NCBI RefSeq assembly: GCF_964204645.1
Contig: NC_134033.1
Span: 3,244,131-3,308,130, forward strand
Length of the DNA stretch: 64,000 nt
DNA from: Tubulanus polymorphus
Lineage: Eukaryota; Animalia; Nemertea
Direction: 5' to 3'
The position numbers and the translations under genes were made by a program. Shown piece after piece: positions 46,810 through 60,441 of the stretch; position 1 is the first letter of the stretch, and each line of letters opens with the position of its first letter. A model generated the notes under the pieces. That model was given only the letters and a program-made list of their open reading frames with translations, was not told the origin of the DNA and did not search any database.

Positions 46810-47465
46810 ATTAAACCCCACACAACTGTGGAACTGGGTCCAGTGTCGAATTAAACCCCACACAACTGTGGAACTGGGTCCAGAATCGAATTAAACCTGG
46901 ATACAAGTTTGGGGCTGGATTCAGAGTCAAATTAAACCGACTCAACTGAGGAACTGGGTTCAGGGTCAAATTAAACCCAGACAACTGTGGAACTGGGTTC
47001 AGAGTCAAATTTAACCCACTCAACTGTGGAACTGGGTTCAGAGTCAAATTAAACCCACACAACTGTGGAACTGGGTTCAGAGTCAAATCAAACCCACACA
47101 ACTGTGGAACTGGGTTCAGAGTCAAATTAAACCCACACTACTTTGGAAGTGAATTCAGAGTCAAATTAAACCCACACAGCTGTGGAACTGGGTTCAGAGT
47201 CAAATTAAACCCACACAGCTGTGGAACTGGATTCAAAGTCAGATTATAACAAGAGTCAAATTAAACCCACACAACTGTGGAACTGAATTCAGAGTCAAAT
47301 TAAACCCACACAGCTGTGGAACTGGATTCAAAGTCAGATTATAACAAGAGTCAAATTAAACCCACACAACTGTGGAACTGAGTTCAGAGTCAAAGCAAAC
47401 CCACACAACTGGTGGAACTGGATTCAGATTAAAATCAAACCCACACAACTGTGGAACTGGGTTCT
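46810..47465. repeat. 39-bp tandem repeat array
   Basis: About 16 copies. Confidence 0.9.
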
Positions 47466-49000
47466 CAAGCCCGTACTGTTTTGAGATCACCCACAATAAA
47501 TCATAGTTATGCGAGTTTGACATTTAGCGCTAATAGGGGTAACATATTTTTGGTAATCATTGCGTAGGTGACAATTTTAGCGTAACCCGAAATTAGACCG
47601 AGTGAGACAGCGAAAGTTTGAAAACAATTCTCCAGAATTCCGGAGTAAATGTCGTTAATGTATTTACCGAGAGTTAATCGGGTTGCGTTTACGTCATAGG
47701 AATTATAACATTATTACGTTGCTACAAATATTATTGTTTAGTTGGTTTTCCGATGGGACGCGCGGAACTCGGGAAAACACTGTCGGCGCAGCTTCCAATA
47801 GATACAGGTAAAAATCTAAACAATAACTCGGTATTATTACAGGGCGGTCAGTTACCTGGACCCCAAGTTACGCGGTTATGAGTTAAGATTTGACTCGCGG
47901 TTAACTCGTCGAAAATCAACTGATTTCAACTCAGAATTTTCTTTAACTCGCGACTGTGGAACCGGATCCTGGAAATCGAAGGGAAAAGTCTGGGTGGTAA
48001 TTGTCTTTTCTTTCGAAAAAGGAATTTAGTTTATTGAAAAAAGGAGCTTAAGATCCTGGAAATCGAAGGGAAAAGTCTGGGTGGTAATTGTCTTTTCTTT
48101 CGAAAAAGGAATTTAGTTTATAAGAAATAAAGAAGCTTAAGATCGCGGAAAAGTCAGGGAAATTTCTTTTCTTGAAAAAGTTGGGGAACGGTCGGAGAGT
48201 TTTGTAAGAGAATGGCTTAAAATCAGGGAACGGTTTTGTAAATTCGTCGAGATTGTTCGATCGCGCGTAAAATCAAACGGTTTCCAACAGTTTTCATCTA
48301 CGTTTTAGTTAATGAATTTATCAGCGCGGCCAGTTACCTGGAAATCAGTGAAAAGTCAGCGAAACTAATTTTCGTTAAAAATTCTGGGAATAAAAGCTTG
48401 AAATCATGGAAAAATGAGGGTATATTCAGAGAATTTTGTAAAGAAAAAAGCTAAAAATCAGAGAAAAGTTAGGGAGATTCCTTGAGATTGCTAGATCATG
48501 TTTAAGAGCAAACAGTTTGCGTCTGTGTTTTACATATTTGACTGTGTTAAAAATGATTTGATTCTTGACGGATCAAGTCAGGGAAAATAACTAACGCGTC
48601 AGGGAATAGTCAGGGAAATATTTTTTAAGATTTCTAGATCGCGCTTGAAATCAAACAGTTTCCGTCTGACGTATTTGACTGTGTTAATTGATCGGATTCA
48701 TAGCGGATAAAGTCAGGGAAAATAACGGTGTATGTCAGGGGGAAAATGCGAGTCAAATGAAATTGCCTTGATTATTTTCGACTTAATCGTGAAAGTCATC
48801 TTTACGAAGACTCGAACATCTGAAATCTGCTCTTGATTTAACGAGATCGTCGATTGATTAAGCCTTCGATGATTTTTTGACACGAACAACCTCCGCATAA
48901 TGCGCGATTTCGCGGGTTTTCCCCCGAGCGTCGAATGCTTTCGAGTACGATTTTATTCTAATTCCCCGCGCAAGTAATCGATTGCGTTTTTCTCGATCAA

Positions 49001-49074
<74 letters not shown>

Positions 49075-50245
49075 GATTATTTATACGTCGATGGTCCTCG
49101 CGGGCACGACCGGTTTCTCGCTCGTGTTTTTCCGATGAATCGCGGAAAACAGTCATTGTTGCGCGTGCGTGGTTGCCGTGGTTACGCGAGCGTCGGCCCT
49201 GTCAATTCTGTTTGAACAGGGCTCGTCGCTCGTTGAGTCATTGTTGGTTTTATTTCTGGTCGGCTTGGTTACGAAACTGCGAAACTGTCGGAATTTAGTC
49301 ACGTAGGGTGGTACATCGTTTTTATTCTGTTTCGCTTGCAAATTTCTCCCGATCTATTGAGTCATTGTTGGGATATTTCCAGTCGCCATGGTTATGTCAT
49401 GGTTTTATTGATAAAGCTACATCATCCGGGGCGGGACCGGGCGTTGTTAGGTTTAAGTTTCTGGGAGTGGCGTAATTCGTAAAGGTAACGAAAATTATTT
49501 CCTAGGTTCAGTTGCGATGAAGTTTGCCTAAAGTCGTCGTAGTAAGTCGTCGTAACTCGGAGGACTAACTGGTACCAGCGAAATTGTTTCGTGCTCAGCG
49601 AAGTCCGAGTTGAGGATAGGAAAAATGTGTTGGGAATTTTTTTTAAATGGTTTCGTTCGTAAACGAGTTAGTCAAAAGTCCGAGCCGACCATGTCCGTGT
49701 GAGGTGTGACTTACATTTAGTCAATTGAACTGGAGATATACAACCATATAAGTAGTGATCACTTAGATGCCCTTTTCAGAGAGCAAAACTAGCAAAACTG
49801 TTTCTTTTTATGTTTGGTTTTTTTCAAGGCAGAAAACCCGTGATAGCTGCTTTGCTGCTACATTTCATCTCGCGTTTCTTTTGATTATGTGAAATAGACA
49901 TTTCTAAATACTCTGTAGTATCTGGTAGCCCCCTATTGGATAATATATGAACTAGTCTGTCATCAATCTAAAAACTTAGTAGGCGTCAAAATCAAAAAAC
50001 CTGTTGTTGCCGCTTTGCAGCTATATTCAATTTTTGCATTTTTTCGTTAATGGGAGAAATAGACATTTTTGAATCCTCTAACATCTTGTAGCGCCCCCTA
50101 GTGTAAAATATACGAAATGTTCCGCCGTCGACCGCGAAATCGGGACGAATAATAACAACGACGAAATATTATCAATTCGCGATTTTTTTAAATTCGAATC
50201 AAGATAACGAGATAAAGAGATAATCGGAGACGTCGATGAGTATCC

Positions 50246-53200
50246 ATGGCGACGTCCGTCGTCATCGCAACCGAGAAAAATGGCGAGACGTATTACATGA
50301 TCTGCTCGACGACGAACGACGCATTGTTGAATCCGTCGGCGCCGTCGTTACCGCAAACGGCGACGCCGCCATCTTTAATTCGCACTCCGTCCGTCTGCGA
50401 AGATGCCGGTTATTTCTCGGAGGTGCAGACGCACCAGCAGCAGCAGACGTCGATACACCCGCACCAGCAGACGCAGATACCGCATCAGATTTACACGCTG
50501 TCGAACGAGGTCGTGCGCGAGCCGCCGCCCGTTTATAACTTCTACACGGACTACAACACGCAGTATTGTCACCCGGCGCCGGTGGCGGCGTTGCCGTGCG
50601 CCGATTGTCGACGGCCGGGGTACGCGGCGTATGGCGGAGGCGCGCAGTGTCACCCGCGTCGACAACAGAATCGACGGTATGATCACCGAGCTGTTATCAC
50701 CTGTTTCACTAAACACGGTTTAACTCTGAAATAGATTTAACTTCTTCTACTCGGTTTCGGTTGGATCAATTTTGGAGTTAATCCTTTTTCCGTGAAACTG
50801 CACCCAGAGCTGTCACTTTTCTTGATTTTCAGTATTTTGTAACTATTTTGTCGTGAGAATTGATGAATTGATTGGTCTGATGTGTAAAGTAATTTGAAAG
50901 TGTTACCTAGGGTCTTACCCCCTTCGATGACTGATTGATTTGGGGGTCATTCATTTATTATCTACGCATTATGGGAGGGTTAGGGGTCAGTGCAATTATA
51001 TACTGTTATGCTTAATGTATATGAAAAAATGGCCGATTTTGCGTACTGAGGGGGAGGGGGGTTTGAAAAATTCAAATTTCATGCGTACCTAATAAATGAA
51101 TGATCCCTTCAACAGAAATATGAAAGTGTTACTCAGGTTTTACCTTCTTGAAAGGAGTGGCCGCCGGTCTTAGCCCCTTATGATAGGTCTTACTGACTTG
51201 TTTAAACTGAAATATGAAAGTCGTTACTGAGGGTCTTAACTCCCTTGATTACTGATTCGTTTAAACTGAAATATGAAAGTCTTTACCGAGAGTCTTAACC
51301 CCCTTAATTACTGATTCGTTTAAACTGAAATATGAAAGATGTTATTGAGGGTCTTAACCCCCTTGATTACTGATTCGTTTAAACTGAAATATGAAAGATG
51401 TTATTGAGGGTCTTAACCCCCTTGATTACTGATTCGTTTAAACTGAAATATGAAAGATGTTACTGAGGTCTTAACCTCTGAGTACTGATTATGTAAGACA
51501 ATTTCTCTCATATATCGATGAAATATTCCTCGAAAAACTTTAACATTGATATTAATAGCGCTTTTCAGAGGTTGGCAGCCCTGCACTTTTGTCATGCTTA
51601 AATCGGTGTAGCTACATTTTCAAAAGTTGTGTTATCGCCATCCTGTCTTAGCGGTGACCGTATACAACTGGAAAATTTAATCATCAAATCCGACCCCTGT
51701 AGGCGCCGTCAAAAACACCGGCCACAAATATGTATAGGCCTACGTTGATTTTATGTAAAGAGGTTCCCTGAACGTGACGTTTTTATCGCGCGGTTCCGTC
51801 TGCCGCTGTCGAGTTCGGTTTGCATTGTGTCGGGGAAACTTGACGCCGGTTACGACGAATGAATATTAAAACATTTTACACTCGATCCTGTGTCCTGATT
51901 TATTCGTCGGTTTTCGCGCGCCGGGCGACCGTCGGTTAAGTATAGCACGAAAAAGCTGCCAAGAGGTTTTAACGTCTCTCGTTGCGGTGTCAAATGCCTA
52001 GTAAGAGTTTCTGAAATGCTGTTGTCCCTCATGGCGGTAAAGTTGAGGAATTCAAATAGAAATACAGTAGACTCTGTCTCTTACTGCGGTTAAGTTGAGA
52101 CCGGTAAAATTCTACCCCGAGTTGGTGTCAAATACCGAGTAAGAGTTTGTGAAATACAGTAGACTCTGTCTCTTACTGCGGTAAAGTTGAGACCGGTAAA
52201 ATTCTACCCCGAGTTGGTGTCAAATACCGAGTAAGAGTTTCTGAAATACAGTAGACTCTGTCTCTTACTGCGGTTAAGTTGAGACCGGTAAAATTCTACC
52301 CCGAGTTGGTGTCAAATACCGAGTAAGAGTTTGTGAAATACAGTAGACTCTGTCTCTTACTGCGGTAAAGTTGAGACCGGTAAAATTCTACCCCGAGTTG
52401 GTGTCAAATACCGAGTAAGAGGTTGTGAAATGCGTTCAGACTGTTGTCCCTCATCGCGGTAAAGTTGAGGAATGCGGATAGAAATACAGAAGACTGCCTC
52501 TTACTGCGGTTAAAACTGAGACCGTTAAAATTCTGTTGGTGTCAAACACTTGATAAACACCGTGGTGCGGTGTATCAACAGTTACTAATAGTTTACTATG
52601 TTTGACAGGCGCTGCCATCTTTCATTAGAGATAAAAAAATGATTACTTGTGATATTAATAGAAAAGTCCATCACCGATTTATACACCGCACTGCGGTGTA
52701 AACGCACTGAGAAGGTTGAATATTTGTTTTCATGGCTGCAGAAAACCCGTAGCGCCGCCTTGCAGCTATATTTAATTTGCATTTTATGGAGATGCCTGAA
52801 AAGACGAAGGAATGATTTAAATTTGTTTCTCTTTTTCTGTTTTGCGCAGGAGACGGAGAAATTTCTCAACTCGACGCCGTGGAGGTATGAAAGATATCCG
52901 ACCTAAAATCACCACGACAACACCGAGCGCCGCCGCAACAATGGACGCCGTGACGACGACGCCGGCCGAGAGCACGCCGACGACGACCGAACCGGACGAC
53001 TCGCCGTCCGATCTTATCATTCCCGCCGCAGTCGTCGCGGAAACCGTCGATAAAGGCATCGTCAAGGACGACGACGAGCCGATGCCCGGCGACGACGACG
53101 ATGACCCGGTCGTCGAGGACGACAACGACAATGTAGTAACGCTGACAGACAGCACCGTCGTCGTCACGCAGAACGGCCACGATTCGTCGCCAGCCGAGAG

Positions 53201-53493
53201 CGTCAACGACGACGGCGGCGCGGACACGCCCGAACCGGACGCGACGAATCCGACGACGACGAACGATAATATCGTGTTTAATTGCGACGCGGAGGCCGGC
53301 ACCGGACGGTACAGTCCGCCGGCGCAGCAGCCGCCGCGTATAGATAACAATGACGACGACGACGACGTGAGTCCGCCGGCGCAGCAGCCAGTCGATGCGA
53401 ATAGCGCGCAGAACGAACACGTCGTACACGTGCACGTTAATCCCGGTGAAACGTTTTCAGTTCGAGTACGAGATCAGATACAACATATACAAG
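50246..53493 (+). CDS. FNDC3: Fibronectin type III domain-containing protein 3 (FNDC3A/B, mtgo family), N-terminal coding exons; gene continues beyond window end
   Basis: Exon 50246-50676 (CG|gtatga, phase 2) joins in frame to 52850-53493 (G|gtgagt, phase 1). The second exon ends VVHVHVNPGETFSVRVRDQIQHIQG, matching the FNDC3 N-terminal motif VQVNPGETF...IQG with the same phase-1 intron as recalled for vertebrates. The FN3 domains are not in the window, and the start codon is tentative. Confidence 0.75.
50942..51108. mobile_element. Harbinger-type MITE
   Basis: TIRs GGGTCATTCATTTATTATCTACGCA / TGCGTACCTAATAAATGAATGATCCC. Confidence 0.7.
52000..52545. repeat. 92-bp tandem repeat (inverse of 1335-2087)
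   Basis: 4-5 near-identical copies. Confidence 0.9.
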
Positions 53494-53739
53494 GTGAGTC
53501 CGAATACGTGTTTTAATGTTACCATTTCAGCATTGCAGCGTATGTTGTGAGTTCCCTTTCCAGTTAAAAATGACTTCAATTCGGGGGGATTTCATGTTTA
53601 CAGTTAAAGATAGGCTATGATCCTGCTTAAAACGTGGATTTTGCGATCCTGGTTTTGTATGATGTTCTTAAAACTTATCAAAGACCATCTTAGTTCGATA
53701 GTCGATATAACATATTGAGCCCATATCAGTTTGGAAGTG

Positions 53740-54525
53740 GGGAGCAGATGACTGGAGGAATGGAAGACCAGAGCAGACGACTAGATGAGTGGATGACCAG
53801 AGCAGATGACTAGATGAGTGGATGACCAGAGCAGATGACTGGAGGAGTGGATGACCAGAACAGATGACTAGAGAAGTGGATGACCAGAACAGACGACTAG
53901 AGAAGTGGATGACCAGAACAGACGACTAGAACAGACGATTGGACGAGTGGATGACCAGAGCAGATGACTAGATGAGTGGATGACCAGAACAGACGACTAG
54001 AGGAGTGGATGACCAGAACAGACGATTGGACGAGTGGATGACCAGAGCAGACGACTAGAGGAGTGGATGACCAGAACAGACGACTGGAGGAGTGGATGAC
54101 CAGAACAGACGACTGGAGGAGTGGATGACCAGAACAGACGACTGGAGGAGTGGATGACCAGAACAGACGACTAGAGGAGTGGATGACCAGAACAGACGAC
54201 TGGACGAGTGGATGGCCAGAACAGACGACTAGAGGAGTGGATGACCAGAGCAGACGACTAGAGGAGTAGATGACCAGAACAGACGACTAGAGGAGTGGAT
54301 GACCAGAACAGACGACTAGAGGAGTGGATGACCAGAACAGACGATTGGACGAGTGGATGACCAGAACAGATGACGAGAGCAGTGGATGACCAGAACAGAC
54401 GACTAGATGAGTGGATGAACAGAACAGAACATTGGACGAGTGGATGACCAGAACGGACGACTAGAGGAGTGGATGACCAGAGCAGACGACTAGAGGAGTG
54501 GATGACCAGAACAGATGACTAGAGG
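53740..54525. repeat. 29-bp purine-rich minisatellite
   Basis: GAGTGGATGACCAGAACAGACGACTAGAG units, about 27 copies. Confidence 0.9.
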
Positions 54526-54639
54526 ATGAGGGATAGCGATTTTAATAGTAATAGTGATTCAAATTCTTAAGCGACCTTTTCACAGTGATACAAAGTTCAA
54601 CTGCGTGTTCCATTAAATCGGTATTATAACCCCCAGCCT

Positions 54640-54818
54640 TATGACTCTATTCGATGTATCAGTCATCTCTCCCTGGGGAGAAGTAACATCCGAGCAGCTG
54701 CTAGACGCTCAGGAGTCATCTATCAGGCCAGGTACCCATTTACTCCTGGGTGGAGAGAGGCAATGAGGATAAGCGTCTAGCCCGGGGACACGACTGTGAT
54801 GTACGGGTTTCGAACCCA
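54640..54818 (-). mobile_element. 5'-truncated tRNA-derived SINE with CORE-like central domain
   Basis: Minus strand reads B box GGTTCGAAACC, then ...TGCCTCTCTCCACCCAGGAGTAAATGGGTACC, a central motif typical of invertebrate SINE2 elements (recalled). Confidence 0.7.
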
Positions 54819-55247
54819 GATTAGGAAAAAAGCCAGAAAGATAATACAACAACGCGAAAATCATTTGAACGCGTTATTTTTTTGCCGATACGGTTTTCTG
54901 TATACGCCACTGCAGCGGTGGTTCGTATGGTTGGTATTTTTATACACCGAGAGGTATCTTTTTCCCATTGCTGTTGATGCTGTTGCCGTCGGCGACTGAC
55001 TGCGAGTCGGTTACACAGTGAGATGAAAGCGTGTCATCGATGTATTCTGTGACTGCGCGCGCTCGCGCTGTGTTGGCGACCGTTGAATGCGTCGTAGCTG
55101 GCGGCGTCAAAACGCGCGCTTGTTGTATACTCACATACATACACACCGCGAAACCATGAAAAAAAAAACCGTCAACAATTGATTCGGTTTTGATTTGGCT
55201 CATATATATGAATTCAAACAGCCTTAGGGTTATTTTACTTCATCAAA

Positions 55248-55672
<425 letters not shown>

Positions 55673-57929
55673 CCCTCCACAACAAGCTCATCATTTATGT
55701 GAAAGTGCCGGAATATTATTTGTGCCGACTCTTAAGGTCAGTTTTAACTCCCTTTGTTTCCATTAACAATCTAGCCACTTAAAGACCAGTCTAAGCTCAT
55801 TTTGGTTCAATAGCAATCTAAGAAATTAAGGCTAGCCTAAATACATTTTAGTTCTATAGCATATCTAACCACTTTAGACCAGTCTAAGCTCATGTTGGTT
55901 CTATAGCCAATCAAACAACTTAAGACCAGTTTAAGCTCATTTTGGTTCTATAACCCATCTAACAACTTAAGACCAGTCTAAGCTCATTTTGGTTCTATAA
56001 CCAATCTAACAACTTAAGACCAGTCTAAGCTCATTTTGGTTCTATAACCAATCTAACAACTTATGATCAGCCTAAGCTCATTTTGGTTCTGTAACCAATC
56101 TAACAACTTAAGACCAGTCTAAGCTCATTTTGGTCTGTATAGCCCATCTAAGAGATTAAGACCAGTATAAATCAATTTCGGTTCTATAATCAATCTAACA
56201 GCTTCGAACAAGTCTAAGCTCATTTCGGTTTCCGTATCAGATTTAACGACCTTACGCGCATTAAGGTCGTATTACGCGATTTTTATTTCGACTTGGCACC
56301 GATACAAAAATGTAATATCTAAACACGAAATGACAGTTGAAGTTGCGCGCGCGTGATTAAGAGAGAGAGGAGTCACGTTCGCCGCGGGCTATAGCCGATC
56401 AGACGAGCTGATCTCCGTGTTTCGAGTGGGCAGAACCCGGCGATGATACCCGCGGGTGTTTATACGGTTTCGTATCGACGATACCGCGCCCGCGGGCTCG
56501 TGTTCTCTTTATTTTCGGTCGTCGACGTCTGCCGGCGATTCCAGGGTCGGTTTTAACTTCTATCTCTCTCACGACGCCTGATGGGTGCGATTTTTTTTTT
56601 TACCTCGTCTATAATAATCGTTAATGAGCTGACTGTAGCAAAACTGAACGAGCGACTGGTAAAATTGATCGAGGCATTTCGAGTTTCGTCGAATTCGCTG
56701 GTCCTGCGTATCTGACTCTAGAAAACTTGACTCGCCCGCACCTGACGATTATCCCTAAGGCGAGATCTTGCCTTAAGTAAAAAATTTCCGATAAAATGAA
56801 TTCTCGATTTTAGAATATACTTTCAATTCTTGCGTAGTGGGTTTTTATCTTATGGACTCTTAGCCTTTTAGAACGTATGAAATGAACTGATTTTAACGGT
56901 CCTTGCGACTCCTCGATTCCTTAGAAACAAACTCCTTCTGAACTGAAAATGCTTTTATTAAGGTGCTTGAAATTCCTTGATTCGAGCGAAATGTCGAAAA
57001 CTCGTCGAATTTTGATAAATGGGCAATTAGGTATTTCAAGAACTTTTACATTTAACCGCTCCTTGATCGGTAGAGTCGGAATCAGGATGTTTTCGCTACC
57101 CTATTAGTCTATATCTTATATGCCCTAGAAAAAGAAAAAACTAGAGTAGGCCTATAACAAAATGCTAGTCAGTCCCGAGTGAAGGATTCCGCATTCAATT
57201 TATTTTGGATATAACAATAATATTAGCAAAAAAGGGCGTTTTTCCTAAATTTCTTATAGGGCCTATTCACAAAGAGGGTACTTCTCCTATTTTTTTTTTT
57301 CGGGGGGGGGGGAGGGAGAGAACTGTCCACCCTGGCCCGCTATGTAACATCCCTACCATGCTCTTAAGTGAAATTTGAGTAAATGTACCGATGGAACCCG
57401 ATATTGACTCGGACATATAGAACATGAGACATTTGAAATTTCGTGAGATTGCACAGTTCTTCTCATTTTCGACCAATTTTTCAACCAAAAACTTCGATGG
57501 AATTAACGGAATATTTACTCGATTCATTTCAAATATTTCAAATCCGCAAACGTATTTGTAAGATTATTTCGTTGTTGTACTTAATCCAGACTGGTATATA
57601 GGCCTAGTTATTTTTTCGAAAAAAACAAAAACCAGTTTCGTTTCTTTTTAAGTCGATTAAAAACGGAAATATTTATTCGGAAATATTCGGTTTTTTCGGC
57701 GGGGGAGATGATTTCACTGGTAATGATGATGATGATGTACTTACCCGGTCCATCAAATATATACATAAATGTCGAAACCTCCTTCGACCTTTAGATTCAT
57801 TATTATTATTATTATAATTATTATAAATGAGAGCTGATGAATTTAGGTCGTCATTTATTTCGTCAGTCGAATTCTCTTCCCTCGCGAAATAACTACATCC
57901 GGCCTTCAGTATAGATCGGCTTTACGTTT

Positions 57930-58532
57930 CTAACGAACCCGCTTCCGTTGAAGCCGATATTGATCCACTACTGTTGACGATGAACCTTCTACGGTTCGAA
58001 TGAACCCTCTATTGGTTCCGATGAAGCCGCTACAGCCCGGGTGAACCTGCTACCGTTCCGCTCACACGACTACAATCTAGATGAACCCGCTATGGTTCTG
58101 ATAAACCCATGACAGTAGTCTAGACGAACCTCCATGGTTCTGATAGACCCACCGCGTTAATTCTGATGCAACTTCTATGGCTCGGATGAATCCGCTACAG
58201 TCCGTATGAACCGGCTATGGTTCTGATGAAACACCTATGGTTCCAACGAACCCACTGGAGTTCCGATAAAGCAACTACAGTATTGATAAACCAACTACAG
58301 TACTAATGAACCAATTACAGTATTGATGAAGCCATTATAGTACTGATGAACCCAACACGGTTCTGATGAAGCCACTATAGTGCTGATAACCTGTCAACAA
58401 TGACTCATTCGCGTTTGATTACAGTTCCGATGAACCGGTCGCGGTTCCGATGAACCGGTCGCGGTTCCGATGAACCGGTTGCGGTTCCGATGAACCGGTC
58501 GCGGTTCCGATGAACCGGTCGCGGTTCCGATG
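57930..58532. repeat. Degenerate 21-bp repeat ending in a homogeneous 20-bp array
   Basis: GCGGTTCCGATGAACCGGTC x5 at ~58426-58532. Confidence 0.8.
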
Positions 58533-60369
58533 TCGGTTTCGTTGTTGTCGTATTTTTAAATGTTGTGTGATATTTTGTTGTTGTGATTTCTTTCTAGATG
58601 TTGCACATATGTGTGAATTATACCACGCCCCGCCCGGTAAGAGTTCCGCTCAGTATCATCAATATCTCATCTCTATTTTCTAATCCGTTTTTTCGCTGCT
58701 TGCCTTTTGCCTTCATTTTGTTGTTATTGATGCGTATTTAATTTAATTTTTGCGTGATCGACCCGAAGTGAAACCTCGACCCTCCGTACTCTGTCGTTAC
58801 AAAAAAAAAAAAAACATGTCCGCCTCCATAAATCCCCCTATGACATCATCGAACTGCCAGTTATTTGATCTATAGATGCTTCTAGAAAAGATGCCAGTTG
58901 CCATAAATCCCCCTATGACATCATGAAATATGTCTACTATTTCAGGAATGGCTGCCATCATACCATCCCCCATGACATCATCAAATTTTCTGTCTACGAA
59001 AGGTGTGAGCTTCCGTGAATCCCCCTATGACATCACCAGATTGTCTAGTAGACGCTGCTAGATATGGTGCCTGCTTCCGTAAATCCCCCTATGACGTCAT
59101 CAAATCACTACTAATCATTGAACTGTCCGGCTGACTCGATTCAGAAGCCGATGTCGTAATTCGATGATGTCATAGGGGGATTCATTGTGGCGGACGTCTT
59201 TTCTGTTATTGTCTGTAGATCAAGCGGTTTGATGATGTCATAGGGGGATTTTATGAAGGCGGTTAACGATCGTCGAAAGGTCTGTTGATGATGAAAGGTC
59301 GTTCGATGATGTCATAGGGCGATTCATGGAGGCAGCCATCTTTTCCCGATAGGTCTATAGAAACAACCGGGCTAAATTTTATGATGTCGTAGCTGGATTT
59401 ATGGAATGGGCCATCTTTTCAGTTAGTGGATTAGCGCAGATTTCCTGGGCAGCCATCTTGGATAGCGCCTTTCCAAAAAAGTGTCCCTATTAACATAATA
59501 AACCTATGGTAGATATGATGATTTTATTCCATCGACTTGTTGCCCTTTTAAACCCAGTGTTATGGATTTCGATAATTGCGCTGTATTTTATGGCATGGTT
59601 TTATACGTTGTTTAAAAAGGAAGTTTTAACCTTCTTTCACTTCAAGTATTAATTCTTCCTATTGTTATCGTGCATGAGACTCTCTGAATAGTTCGTTCGT
59701 TCGTAACGATGTCGACTGTCGCGTTGGAACAGATATTCTCAATTTCGACCTGTGTTTGAATGTCCGTTATAGATTTGTTATTATTCAGTTACCAGAACTG
59801 GGTTCAGGGAGTTGAATTAAACCCGCGGAACTGTGGAATCGGATCCAAAGTCAAAACAAACCCGCACAACTGTTGAACTGGGTTCACAGAAATGAATTAA
59901 AACCACAAAACTGTCGAACTGGATCCAGAATCAAATTGAATCCACAAAAATGTGGAACTGGGTTCAGAGTCAGATTGAACCCATAAAACTGTGGAACTGG
60001 GGTCAGAGTCAGATTAAACCCACACAACTGTGGAACTGGGTTCAGAGTCAAATTAAACCCACACAACTGTGGAACTGGGGTCAGAGTCAAATTAAACCCA
60101 CACAACTGTGGAACTGGGGTCAGAGTCAAATTAAGCCAACACAACTGTGGAACTGGACATAAACTTTCGAACTGGCTTCGGAAATGAATATAAAACTGGG
60201 TTCTCGATCATTTGTCGACTATAGTCGACGGTGAAACTAGGTCTAGAGTCGTCTGTGGGTTAGTTTACCAGCTCTGAATTGGTTATTGAAGAATACAAAC
60301 CTCTATTGTTCGAAATGCTAATAGCTATTGTGAAAAGTGAATCAAGTTACCAACCACCAGTCTATCCCT

Positions 60370-60441
<72 letters not shown>

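Noticed and set aside
50236-50723. Alternative-frame and antisense ORFs over the FNDC3 exons (also 52817-53435)
   Set aside because: Shadows of GC-rich coding sequence. Only the 50246 frame splices in phase to the FNDC3 motif exon.
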